A DNA stretch of 64,000 nucleotides, taken from Sedimentisphaerales bacterium (GTDB taxonomy: Bacteria > Planctomycetota > Phycisphaerae > Sedimentisphaerales > Anaerobacaceae). The position numbers and the translations under genes are program-made. Under the pieces are notes generated by a model. That model ran no database searches and was not told where the DNA came from. It saw only the letters and a list, made by a program, of their open reading frames with translations. Positions 39,900 to 49,202 of this stretch are shown one piece after another (the first letter of the stretch is position 1; the number at the start of each line of letters is the position of its first letter). Where the stretch lies: contig JAXGYC010000007.1 of NCBI GenBank assembly GCA_040772485.1, positions 672,001 through 736,000 on the forward strand, given 5' to 3'.

Positions 39900-40751
39900 A
39901 TGCGTGTCCTGCGAGCCATCCTGCTGGTGATTCTGTCCGGGCTGAGCCTAAGCGGCTGCGAGCCGGCGTCCGAGCCGGTGGTGCCGATCTGGGAACAAGT
40001 CAAGATCGGCGAACTCGCACCGCCGTCGCCCGATTCCTCGCGGCAGGCGAAGTTCCTGGCGACCGTCAACCTCGACGTCTACACCATGGACGTGCCGGCC
40101 GAGAACATCCGCAAGCTCGACGATCTCTGGCAGACGCTCTCAGCCAAGCCGATCCAGACCAACAGCTACAGCGCCTTCGCGGGCAACTCCTTCCGCGTGC
40201 GGCTGGGACGCACGACGATGTGGGAGCAGATTCGGGATCTGCTGGCCGCGGCCGGGGCCCAGGATGCAGGAACCACCTCCCTGGTGATCGGCAACGACGA
40301 ACCCGCGAACCTCCCTGTTGCCAAGGTCCCTCAGAACAGCGAGATCTCCTTTGTCGGCACGGACCTGTCGTCGCAAACCGTGAAAGCCGGCCCCGGACTG
40401 CTGGTGTTGCGGCTTCGCGAGCAGGCGATTCCCGGCGCTCGCGGCGTTCGCAAAATCATCGCCTATCCCGTGTATACATTGGCCTTGACCAGCGCGATTC
40501 CGGAACTGGACGAGCAGAATCGCCGGCGGGAGTTCTATTTCGACTCGGCGGCGTTCGCCGCCCAGATGACGCCGGGCGACCTGCTGGTGCTGGCGCCCGA
40601 CAGCTACTCGGGCGAGACCCTCACGCTGGGCGGGCGGTTCTTCAACCGGCCGGAACCGGTGGTATTCTTCGACCCGGAAACGAAGGAGCCGCCGAAGCGC
40701 CGCCCGGCCTTTCGCGTGTTCGTCCTGGTGTGCACGCGCATCAATGATTGA
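39900..40751 (+). CDS. Hypothetical lipoprotein
   Basis: Lipobox LSGC; TTGACA-N17-TAGGCT at 39864-39892 just upstream. Confidence 0.7.
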   Translation: MRVLRAILLVILSGLSLSGCEPASEPVVPIWEQVKIGELAPPSPDSSRQAKFLATVNLDVYTMDVPAENIRKLDDLWQTLSAKPIQTNSYSAFAGNSFRVRLGRTTMWEQIRDLLAAAGAQDAGTTSLVIGNDEPANLPVAKVPQNSEISFVGTDLSSQTVKAGPGLLVLRLREQAIPGARGVRKIIAYPVYTLALTSAIPELDEQNRRREFYFDSAAFAAQMTPGDLLVLAPDSYSGETLTLGGRFFNRPEPVVFFDPETKEPPKRRPAFRVFVLVCTRIND

Positions 40752-40757
40752 GCGACC

Positions 40758-41720
40758 ATGGCTGAGAAGACTACCGTTTCGCTGATTCGATGTCACGACT
40801 ATCAACCCGCAAGGGTGGCGAAGGCCGTGGAACATCAACTCCACCTGCTCGGGGGCCTTGAACGATTCGTCAAGCCCGGTGACAGCGTGCTGCTCAAACC
40901 GAACTTCATCTCGCCGCGGTCGCACCGGCAAGATCCGACGCAGACGCACCCCGAGGTGATCCTGGCAGTCGCACGACTTCTCAAGGACTTCGGGGCCCGG
41001 CCGTTCGTGGGGGATTCGCCCGGATGGGGAGACGTACAGAGCTGTGCCGAGGCGCTGGAGCTGATCGAGCCATTGAAGAGACTGGGTGTCCCTCTGCGAC
41101 AACTGGACAGGCCCAGGACGCGCCGTGTCGGGAGGCATGGTCCGCGAGTCGGGCTCAGCGCCGTGGCGCTGGAAGCCGACGCCATCATCAACCTGCCCAA
41201 GCTCAAGGCGCACGGCCAGCTTCTGGTGACTCTGGCGGTCAAGAACATGTTCGGGTGCGTCAGCGGCAAGCGCAAGGCGATGTGTCATTACCTGTACGGA
41301 GGCGACCCGGCGAGATTCTGCCGACTGCTGATCGACATCTGCTACATCCTCCGGCCGGCGCTGACCCTCATCGACGGCATTGTCGCAATGGAGCGAACGG
41401 GTCCGTCGGGGGGCGCCAGCAGGCCCCTTGGCTGGCTGATCGGAGGCGCCGATCCGCTTTCGTGCGAGACGGTGTGCTGCCGACTGCTCGGCATCGATCC
41501 CGAGCGGGTTCCCCTGCTCCGTGCCGCGAGCGGCATGCAACTCGACGGTCTGGATCTCGACCGGATCGAGCTGGTGGGGGATCCACTGGGCGAGCCGCTC
41601 TCGGACTTCGAGCTGCCGACGCTGGCTCCGATCCGCTTCTCTCTGCGTCGGGTTCTGCGAAGCAAGCTGCGACAGATGTGGCTCCTGGCGCGCAAGCCCA
41701 AGCCCGCCCCGTCCACATGA
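40758..41720 (+). CDS. DUF362-domain protein
   Basis: VLLKPN, THP, GDSP, NLPKLKAH, AVKNMFG, DGIVAME. Confidence 0.85.
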   Translation: MAEKTTVSLIRCHDYQPARVAKAVEHQLHLLGGLERFVKPGDSVLLKPNFISPRSHRQDPTQTHPEVILAVARLLKDFGARPFVGDSPGWGDVQSCAEALELIEPLKRLGVPLRQLDRPRTRRVGRHGPRVGLSAVALEADAIINLPKLKAHGQLLVTLAVKNMFGCVSGKRKAMCHYLYGGDPARFCRLLIDICYILRPALTLIDGIVAMERTGPSGGASRPLGWLIGGADPLSCETVCCRLLGIDPERVPLLRAASGMQLDGLDLDRIELVGDPLGEPLSDFELPTLAPIRFSLRRVLRSKLRQMWLLARKPKPAPST

Positions 41721-41738
41721 CGGACCGACGGGGACCGT

Positions 41739-43013
41739 CTATCTCGGCGTGTCGTTGCGCCAGTAGTCGGCGTGGTAGGTCGCGCCGTCCTTGTTCCAGA
41801 TCTTCGTGACGATGTCGATGTCCCCATCGCCGTCGACGTCGCCCAGCGTGGCGTCGTGCCAACCGGGATTGTCGATTTGCAGCACGACGGGCGTGAACGT
41901 CGGACTCGATCCGCCGGAGCTGAGCCAGATCACGCCGCGCTCCTTGAGCCCCTTGGGCTTCATCGCCAGCTTGCCGCTGGACTCCATGTAGGCGTCGGGG
42001 TCTTCCTGCTCGCCCGCGAAGATGTCGAGATCGCCGTCGCTGTCGAAATCTGCGACACCGAGCGAGTGAAACGAGCCGGTCCCCGGCACATCCCCCGGCC
42101 GTGTGGGCGGATCCTCAAGAAGATGGCGTTTCCAGCGGGGCCGTCTACCGGTGTCCTCGACCCAGTAGACGTGCGACCAGCCGGTGTCGCAGTCGCTATA
42201 GACAATGTCGTTGCGCCCGTCGCCGTTGAGATCGACGATCCAGGAGCGCATGCTGGTTCCATAGGACGCGTTCGGCACGGCCAGATGGGGCCATTCGTAT
42301 CGCCGCCAAGGGCGGGGTGCGCTGCCGGGATTCTCGAACCAGTAGGCCGGGATGATGATGTCGAGGTCGCCGTCGCCGTCGAGATCGCCGACGCCGTTGG
42401 GCGCGATTCCGCCGTGATTCTCCTCGCCCTGGCCCACGTCGGTCTGCTTCATGCCGTCGGCCGGGTCGTACCACGAGACGACCGTGCCGTGATACGTTAC
42501 GATGTCGAGCCGGCCGTCTCCGTTGATGTCGGCCGCGACGATGTCGTGTCCCCCGCCGGCAAAATCATGGGCGGGCCAGGGCGTGTGGGGGCTTTCCGCC
42601 AGAGTGCCCGGATTCTCGAACCACACCTTCGTCAGGACCACGTCGAGCCAACCATCGTCGTTGATGTCCAGCGCCGCGGCGCCCAGGGTGTTGGCCAGGC
42701 CCTCGGCCGAGCCCATGACGTGACGGACCCAGGTGGCGTCGTCCTTCCGCTCGAACCAGTAGGCGGTCTTCGGTTCGCGCCGCGAGATGACCACGTCCAA
42801 ATCGCCGTCGCCGTCGTAGTCGGCCAGCGGGCTGCCGCCCGTCCCCCACGCCGAGCCGGGCAACGGATCGGCAATCGTGAAATGCGTGAACGCCAGATCC
42901 CCCGCGCGCACCGCCGCCGTGGGCACAACACACATCACAAAGGCGCACGCGCACGTCACGGCCCTGTATTGACTCAGAACACGAACCTGTCTGTCACGGC
43001 AACGGCTTGACAT
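41739..43013 (-). CDS. Secreted FG-GAP/VCBS-repeat protein
   Basis: Seven D.DGDG.LD-type calcium-blade motifs; start uncertain. Confidence 0.85.
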   Translation of the reverse strand: MSSRCRDRQVRVLSQYRAVTCACAFVMCVVPTAAVRAGDLAFTHFTIADPLPGSAWGTGGSPLADYDGDGDLDVVISRREPKTAYWFERKDDATWVRHVMGSAEGLANTLGAAALDINDDGWLDVVLTKVWFENPGTLAESPHTPWPAHDFAGGGHDIVAADINGDGRLDIVTYHGTVVSWYDPADGMKQTDVGQGEENHGGIAPNGVGDLDGDGDLDIIIPAYWFENPGSAPRPWRRYEWPHLAVPNASYGTSMRSWIVDLNGDGRNDIVYSDCDTGWSHVYWVEDTGRRPRWKRHLLEDPPTRPGDVPGTGSFHSLGVADFDSDGDLDIFAGEQEDPDAYMESSGKLAMKPKGLKERGVIWLSSGGSSPTFTPVVLQIDNPGWHDATLGDVDGDGDIDIVTKIWNKDGATYHADYWRNDTPR

Positions 43014-43093
43014 CCTCACACCTCGCTTTCGTCCCATGTCCTGATCCATACCTGCGATTGCAGCGGTCCGCCGGATCTCCGAAGCACACACTT

Positions 43094-44245
43094 CTAACGC
43101 CATGCGGGCCACTCGATTACCCCACCTTTGACCTGCGGCGGGGCGATGCGGAAGAACAGCTCTGTCGGCCAGGCGCCCAGACGCTCGAAGCCGGCGGGGG
43201 CGGTCTGCTCGAACTGCAAATACGCCTGGACGCGACCCTCGGTCGTGTAGGAGATCTTCTCGTCATGGCCGCCGTCGCCGAAGACATGATATCCAGCGAG
43301 AATGCAGTCCTTCAGATCGACGTGCAGCAGTTGCGGGGCCCTCTCGGAGCAAATGATGCCGGTCGAAGGGCTGATCGTCGGCTGAGAGAAATTCAGCACG
43401 ATCATCCGGCAGTCCTCGAACCGGGCCCGCACACACTTGCTCGCGTAGGAAGCCTGGACCGCATTGTCGGGGTGGACGAGCGTACAGTCCTCAAAGACGA
43501 CGTGCGGGGTCTGCGGCATCGTGGTCTCCCAGCCCCCGATCAGGACGGCCGCCGTGTCGCCTCGCCAGTCCAGGGCCAGGAAGTAACAGCGTCGAAAGAC
43601 ACTTGGCTCATCCGGCCGCACAGTCGGATAGCACAGCCCGCCGCCGAACGCCCGTCCGATGCCGACGCAGTCGTCGACCAGGACGGTGAAGCCCCCGCCG
43701 CTCTCGTGCGTCAGGTCCCAGAACAGGCCCGCGTCGCCTCCGGTGGCGTAGAGGTTCCGCAGCGCCCAGCGGTCCCAGACGATGCAGGAGAAATTCGTCT
43801 GGTTGTTGCCGCGGGACCATTCGGTGGTCGAAGCCCGCATGTTGGACCACCAGTCCCAGCTCTTGAATCCCAGGTTCGGATCGCCCGCGTCGATCACGAC
43901 CCAACCCTGCGCGCCCGAGCCGAGACGCCCGTCGACGTCACCGATCAGGAGATTGTAGGCGCCCGGCGCGCCTTTGTGCGGCGTTTCGAGGTTGGGCTCC
44001 ATGTAGTGGTCCGGCCGGACGATCACCCGGTGGCCCCCGCCGTCGTCGGGCACCGCGTTCAGCGCCGCCTGGATCGTGTGGAACGCACGAGTCCAGCTCA
44101 GCCCGTCGGAGTTGTCCCCTGCCTTCGAAACGTAGAGCGTCGTCCCCTGCCGGCCGGCATAACCAACGTCACCCGGCACAGGAGACGCCGATGCGGCTCG
44201 ACAAGCAAACAGAATCCAGATAAGACACAGCCGTGTCTGCCCCAT
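43094..44245 (-). CDS. Secreted hypothetical protein, probable parallel beta-helix
   Basis: Signal peptide; LYVSKAGDNSDGLSWTRAFHTIQAAL cap; F..C repeats. ATG 44245 follows AAGGAG. Confidence 0.65.
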   Translation of the reverse strand: MGQTRLCLIWILFACRAASASPVPGDVGYAGRQGTTLYVSKAGDNSDGLSWTRAFHTIQAALNAVPDDGGGHRVIVRPDHYMEPNLETPHKGAPGAYNLLIGDVDGRLGSGAQGWVVIDAGDPNLGFKSWDWWSNMRASTTEWSRGNNQTNFSCIVWDRWALRNLYATGGDAGLFWDLTHESGGGFTVLVDDCVGIGRAFGGGLCYPTVRPDEPSVFRRCYFLALDWRGDTAAVLIGGWETTMPQTPHVVFEDCTLVHPDNAVQASYASKCVRARFEDCRMIVLNFSQPTISPSTGIICSERAPQLLHVDLKDCILAGYHVFGDGGHDEKISYTTEGRVQAYLQFEQTAPAGFERLGAWPTELFFRIAPPQVKGGVIEWPAWR

Positions 44246-44323
44246 GAACCACTCCTTCATGCATGATCGATGTCCCTGAGGTGAAGCGCGTGCACAGGAC
44301 TGCAATCGCACCAAAGGATACCC

Positions 44324-44641
44324 TCAGCGGGTTTGCTCTCGCTCAGAAACCACCTCATCGGACACAATGCGGTATTCCCCCATGAATCTTACCGCGACCC
44401 TGCCGTCCGCGGTTTCGCAATAGGGATCGTTGACGGCGATGAGCACCTCTGTCCCGCAGCCCTGGCATCTCGACACGTGGTACTTGAAGGGCATCTCTGA
44501 TTCGCCTTCAATCGTGCCGATGCTCCAGCGCACTTGTGCCGGGTATTCGTCAAGCCAAGTCGGCTGTGTACACACTGCACAGGGCAGGGTTACCATCCTG
44601 CTACCACATCTCAGACAAACTGACTCAGCCCAATTAGCCAT
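44324..44641 (-). CDS. Small Cys-rich hypothetical protein
   Basis: Three CxxC pairs; codon usage less GC-biased than neighbours. Confidence 0.5.
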   Translation of the reverse strand: MANWAESVCLRCGSRMVTLPCAVCTQPTWLDEYPAQVRWSIGTIEGESEMPFKYHVSRCQGCGTEVLIAVNDPYCETADGRVAVRFMGEYRIVSDEVVSEREQTR

Positions 44642-44674
44642 CTGTGTTCTCCGGGGAATCGTAGCGATACTGTA

Positions 44675-45094
44675 TCATGGCTTTCGTCGCTTGAGATATG
44701 TGTCAATAGCGATGCCAGTGTAGTGCTCGACGGGCAATTCGTCGGTCCGGTCGAGGTCGACCCAGGTGTAGTCCTGCGCCTCGTCGTTGAGCAGCACTTC
44801 GGTCGAATCGGTCCGGCAGGCGTAATCGAAGAAGATAAAGTGCCGGCGCCGCCAGAACCGCTCGTCGTGGATGAACTCCTGGAAACAGACGAACTCGATG
44901 TCACGAATCTCCAGGTTGGTCTCCTCGCGGATCTCGCGCCGCAGGGCCTGTTCCATCGTCTCGCCCAGTTCGATGTGCCCGCCGGGAACGACCCATCTGC
45001 CCCGCCACTTGTGCGAGCGCATCAGGAAGAGCTGTCCCTGGGCGTTGAAAATCAGCGCCCCTACCGTCGGTTCCGGATAGTGCTGCTCGGCCAT
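44675..45094 (-). CDS. NUDIX hydrolase
   Basis: PGGHIELGETMEQALRREIREETNL. Confidence 0.92.
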   Translation of the reverse strand: MAEQHYPEPTVGALIFNAQGQLFLMRSHKWRGRWVVPGGHIELGETMEQALRREIREETNLEIRDIEFVCFQEFIHDERFWRRRHFIFFDYACRTDSTEVLLNDEAQDYTWVDLDRTDELPVEHYTGIAIDTYLKRRKP

Positions 45095-45095
45095 A

Positions 45096-45869
45096 TCACA
45101 CTGTCTCCGCTCGTGCTTTCCGCAGGACCCAGATCATGAAAGGACTTGCTTGTGGTTCGAATGGACCACAGGAGTAGTCCCCATATAGATGGACCGGGAC
45201 GAAACCCGCCGCTTCCGCCAGCGACTGGAAGTCGTAGTGCGAGTGCAGACAGAAGTGCAGGTCGACAGTCATGCTGGCCAAGGCAGAGCCATCCCAGCAC
45301 CGCACATCGTAGAACTGGCTGCCGTTCACCGTTTTCGAGACGGGATCATAGTTCTCCACAGACGACAAGGTGAGCATATTGCCGTCCGGAAGCGGAAAGT
45401 TGCCCAGCTCGCGTCGGCCCCCGGTTATCGACTTCAATCGTATTGGCGGATTGTGCAGGGTGCAGATGAACCGCCCTTCATCCGACAGATGATCGTGAAT
45501 CCGCGACAGAGCCAGTCGCTGCCGGGCGGCTTCTGTGATTTCGGCGAACGAATGAAAGGGAATGAAGATCAGATCGAACTTCCGGTCCAGCGACAGCTCG
45601 CACATATCGGCCTGGATCACTTCCGCCGAGAGGTCTTCCGTTCGAAGCTTGTCACGCAAAACATCGAGCATGGCCGGTGAACTGTCCACGCACGTCAGGT
45701 CGGTCCCGGCCAACAGCAAGGGAATCGAGACGCGTCCGGTGCCGGCCGTCAGCTCCAGGACCGCTCCGGCGGCCCTCTTCGCTTCCCGCAGGAAGAATGG
45801 GACATCCATGTCCGTCTGGACGTAGCTGTCGTAAAAGCGGGCGACCCGCTCATAGTCCATCGCAGGCAT
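45096..45869 (-). CDS. Class I SAM-dependent methyltransferase
   Basis: VLELTAGTGRV, VDSS..ML, ADM, FDLIF. Confidence 0.88.
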   Translation of the reverse strand: MPAMDYERVARFYDSYVQTDMDVPFFLREAKRAAGAVLELTAGTGRVSIPLLLAGTDLTCVDSSPAMLDVLRDKLRTEDLSAEVIQADMCELSLDRKFDLIFIPFHSFAEITEAARQRLALSRIHDHLSDEGRFICTLHNPPIRLKSITGGRRELGNFPLPDGNMLTLSSVENYDPVSKTVNGSQFYDVRCWDGSALASMTVDLHFCLHSHYDFQSLAEAAGFVPVHLYGDYSCGPFEPQASPFMIWVLRKARAETV

Positions 45870-45875
45870 GGCCGA

Positions 45876-47279
45876 TCACTCCGGCTGTCCCGGCGGCGGA
45901 GACTTCGCGGCCTCGTCATCGAGAACCAGGACCCAATCGCCGCCGCGTCCCGACGTCGGCGGCACAAACGTCTGAAAACCCACGTTGTCGCTGGTGTGCA
46001 GAGGCTCGGCGATTCCATAGCGGGGATCGAACCACGTCGCCTTCACACGGGCGGCGCGGATGGCGTTCATGCGCACCATGAACGGCTCGCCCCGTGGGGA
46101 GTAGATGAAGGCGAACGACCCGTCGGAGGCAAGCGCTGCGCGGACCTTGGCGCCTCCCGTATCCGGGGCATTGACGAGGATCGACGGCGCCGGCCGGAGC
46201 TTGCGGAACGGACGCGATTCGAACAGCCTGCGAATCAGGCCCATCTGAAAGGCGCCAGGATGGTCCAGCGATTCGAACCAGGGGACGTTGGCCCAGAGGA
46301 CCGGCGCGCGTCCCGGCTGCCACATCTGCCAGATGCTGCTGTGTCCGTAGGTGTGCCCGCACGCGCCGGCCAGCAGCGACCAGTAGGCCGCCTGCCGCAC
46401 GTCGTAGGCATCGAAACGAACGTTGCGCGCCTCGTTGGCATTGTAGAACCCCACCGACAGCATTTCGTATCGAGGCTCGCCGTCGAGCGTGGGCTTGACC
46501 GGCTCGAGCAGGCAGTCGTGCTCGGCGAACAGGCCGTTGTCGTGGTCCCGCGCCGCGTGCGACGACTGGAACATGTTGAAGTCCAGCCAGCCGGCCCGGT
46601 GGAAGTAGTCCGACGACAAGCCCGGCCCGCGCGGGTGGTACGTGATCAGATGGCCGCCGCCGTCCCCCTCGCGAAGCCCCGTCGCCATCGCCTCGATGGT
46701 GGCCCGCTCGGCGTCGTTGCGGATGTTCTCGTCACCGCCGAGAATCCAGATGATCGACTCATCCTTGTATCGCCGCCCGAGGAAGCGTCCATAGACCTTC
46801 GCATTCTCGGCGTTGAAGATGCCCGATCCCGCCTTCCAGTAGCTGCCCCACGTCGGCAGCATCCCGACGACCAGACCCACCTCGTTTGCCTTGTTGACGA
46901 TGTAGTCGACGTGGGCGAAATAGGCCTCGTTCGGCTGCATCGGGTCTTTGTCGACCAGCGGCACGTCGCCGTACGGATTCGGGTCCGTCAGACCATTCAA
47001 CTGGGCCAGGACCACCGCCTGAATCACCGTGAAGCCCTTGGCGGCGCGATTGGCCAGGTAGCGATCCGCCTCTTCCCGGTTGAGACGATGAAACATCTCC
47101 CACGCGGTGTCCCCCAGATAGAAGAACGGCCTGCCGTCGTCGTATTCGAGATAGTGCCCTCCATCGGCAACGCGAAGCCGCGGCGAGACCTCGCTCGCCG
47201 TGCCGACCGGCGCCGGCAGCGCTATCAGCAGAACCGCAGCCACCAGACAACCCGCCTTCGCACCTGTAGCATCCCTCAT
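45876..47279 (-). CDS. Secreted DUF4038 / GH140-like (apiosidase-like) glycoside hydrolase
   Basis: PFFYLGDTAWE, KGFTVIQ, WILGGD, QSSH, DGEPRYE, GHTYG, WFDPR...DWVL. Confidence 0.85.
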   Translation of the reverse strand: MRDATGAKAGCLVAAVLLIALPAPVGTASEVSPRLRVADGGHYLEYDDGRPFFYLGDTAWEMFHRLNREEADRYLANRAAKGFTVIQAVVLAQLNGLTDPNPYGDVPLVDKDPMQPNEAYFAHVDYIVNKANEVGLVVGMLPTWGSYWKAGSGIFNAENAKVYGRFLGRRYKDESIIWILGGDENIRNDAERATIEAMATGLREGDGGGHLITYHPRGPGLSSDYFHRAGWLDFNMFQSSHAARDHDNGLFAEHDCLLEPVKPTLDGEPRYEMLSVGFYNANEARNVRFDAYDVRQAAYWSLLAGACGHTYGHSSIWQMWQPGRAPVLWANVPWFESLDHPGAFQMGLIRRLFESRPFRKLRPAPSILVNAPDTGGAKVRAALASDGSFAFIYSPRGEPFMVRMNAIRAARVKATWFDPRYGIAEPLHTSDNVGFQTFVPPTSGRGGDWVLVLDDEAAKSPPPGQPE

Positions 47280-47349
47280 GGTCAATCCTTTCTGAAGAAG
47301 AAGGCGCAGCCGCACGCCCCGAACAGTCGTCTTGTCATGATGCGCCGGT

Positions 47350-48006
47350 TCACCCGGCCGCGCGACCAGCCTGGATGGACTCCATCACTCGGGCGAGGTC
47401 GTCGAGGATCGCGTCCTCGGCATGTGGATACCCATCGAACGTGCCCGTCACCGTTTCGCGTCCACCCGAGCCGAGTTGCACCAGTTCGTATCGAGGCGGC
47501 GCTTTCGACGTCCGACGCACCTCCATCGCCAGGAGAGAACGGCCCATCCGATCGGGCGGAGGCGATCCTTTCGGTCCCCAGAACCGCCACAGCAGCCGCA
47601 CGCCGAGCGGAGTGGCACTGATGTGGGACAACTCGATCCGCATCGTCCCGGTCTGCTCCAGGACACCGCCCCAATCTGCTCCGGCATCGACCAGCAGGAT
47701 GTCGAGCATCCCGCGAACATCGTCTCCCGGAGCGGTTTTGAAGGTCGCTCCTGGAGACGGACCGGGGAAGTGAAGCGTCCATTCATACCTGCCATCGACG
47801 GGCGGCGGCACGTACGTCAATTCCCGAACCACCGCCAGGCCCGCCAGACCGATGAGCAGAGTGAGCCCCGCGAACACAAGAATCCGCCGTCGGGGCCAAC
47901 AAACCCCGAGCTTGAAACCAGGGCTGCCTTCATGGCTCTTCGTCTGACCTTCGTGAATCGGGCGATCATTCGTTGTATCAGTCACCACCATACTCGCATG
48001 GCCCAC
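47350..48006 (-). CDS. Hypothetical membrane-anchored protein
   Basis: One TM segment (ILVFAGLTLLIGLAGLAVV); start uncertain. Confidence 0.5.
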   Translation of the reverse strand: MGHASMVVTDTTNDRPIHEGQTKSHEGSPGFKLGVCWPRRRILVFAGLTLLIGLAGLAVVRELTYVPPPVDGRYEWTLHFPGPSPGATFKTAPGDDVRGMLDILLVDAGADWGGVLEQTGTMRIELSHISATPLGVRLLWRFWGPKGSPPPDRMGRSLLAMEVRRTSKAPPRYELVQLGSGGRETVTGTFDGYPHAEDAILDDLARVMESIQAGRAAG

Positions 48007-48165
48007 AGAGACTCGTTTGTGTCTGTCATACCGACCGCGTTACGAGAGACTCGATGCCGCCCAGATTATCACAACCGACGATCCTTGGGAAGCCGCGTTC
48101 AGACTGCTCGCCTCGACGCGCGGGATCATAGAGGCGAATTGACGCACAGAACATCCAGATTTCTC

Positions 48166-48435
48166 TTGACAACCGCACGCCGGCGGTGTATGAATGAGGC
48201 CAGTATCGGTTGGAGTCGATACGTGGGCACGGAGGCAGGGATGCTGAATGGGCCACATTTCTCCACCACACTCCTGTTTTCGCACGCGCTCTGTCTCCGC
48301 GCAGAACTGTAGTCAGGGATGAATCGCATTCTATGCGCACCCGCATGGATGGTTCAGGTGCGTCCGGACGGAGCGACCTTCCGGAGAGGGTCGTGCTCTG
48401 ATGCAAAGGAATGTCAGTTTACAAGGAGGTAAAGG
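48166..48435 (+). promoter_or_regulatory. Promoter and long leader with multiple GGA-loop hairpins (putative CsrA/Rsm sites)
   Basis: TTGACA-N17-TATGAA; hairpins at 48203-48222, 48235-48244, 48313-48322, 48371-48398 and 48398-48417; SD hairpin TTAC-AAGGAG-GTAA at 48419-48432. Confidence 0.65.
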
Positions 48436-48798
48436 ATGAAGAAGTGCGTATTGGTACTGGCGGTGCTCGCGATGAGCACCAGTGCATGGGGATTCGGCAT
48501 CGGCAACTACAGTGGCAACTGCAATGGACTGCCGCTGTGCTGTCCGACCCCCAGTCCGTGTCCGACGCCCTCTCCCTGTCCCGGGGCCGTCATCGTTGGT
48601 GACTTCGCGGGCCAGGCCGGCCTGCTCTACAGCAGTCCGTGCGCCCCGGTGTGCGTCATGGGCGTCGACAGTTGCCAAGGGGCCTGGTCCAAGCAAGGCC
48701 AGATCGGTTGCCTCGATTGGAGTTGCTTCGCGAGCTTCGGCAACCACCATGTCTATGGCGGCCCGGTGTGGCCCAGTTTCACCTACGCGCCGCGGTGA
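48436..48798 (+). CDS. Small secreted Cys/Pro-rich protein A (120 aa)
   Basis: Strong SD; signal peptide MKKCVLVLAVLAMSTSAWG; CPTPSP x2; 10 Cys in the mature part. Confidence 0.8.
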   Translation: MKKCVLVLAVLAMSTSAWGFGIGNYSGNCNGLPLCCPTPSPCPTPSPCPGAVIVGDFAGQAGLLYSSPCAPVCVMGVDSCQGAWSKQGQIGCLDWSCFASFGNHHVYGGPVWPSFTYAPR

Positions 48799-48859
48799 TC
48801 GCCGAGACACTCTGCAAACGGGATATGGGCAGTGGCGAGAGCATGGTATGCAGATTCGG

Positions 48860-48895
48860 CCCAGCCGTGGGCCGGCTGCATCGCCCACGGCTGGG
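48860..48895. other. Perfect 13-bp inverted repeat downstream of protein A
   Basis: CCCAGCCGTGGGC-N10-GCCCACGGCTGGG; no U tract. Confidence 0.6.
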
Positions 48896-49085
48896 ATCCG
48901 CCTTCTGAGCGGCGTCTCTGACATCCTGCTCGCGCTGCGATCCAATCCGTCGGACCACAACTGTGTGGACGGGCCGTTTCACCCAGCCTTTAGGGCAGCG
49001 TATCGTCCGGAAGGACGATTCGTCCGGCGGGTGGCTGCCACACAGGGTCTGTAGACCGCCACCACATACACAAAACGTCGCCCGT

Positions 49086-49202
49086 TCGGAACCTGCGGTT
49101 CCGACCGGACAGATCGAGTGCGCAGGAATCGCACTCACCCACGCGAGCCTATGGAGAGACTCGCGCGGTTGGGAACATTGTATCGTCACAAGGAGGTGTC
49201 GT
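49086..49202 (+). promoter_or_regulatory. Second leader with GGA-loop hairpins
   Basis: GAGTGCG-CAGGAAT-CGCACTC (49116-49136), CGCGAG..ATGGAG..CTCGCG (49142-49165), SD hairpin CAC-AAGGAG-GTG (49187-49198). Confidence 0.62.
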
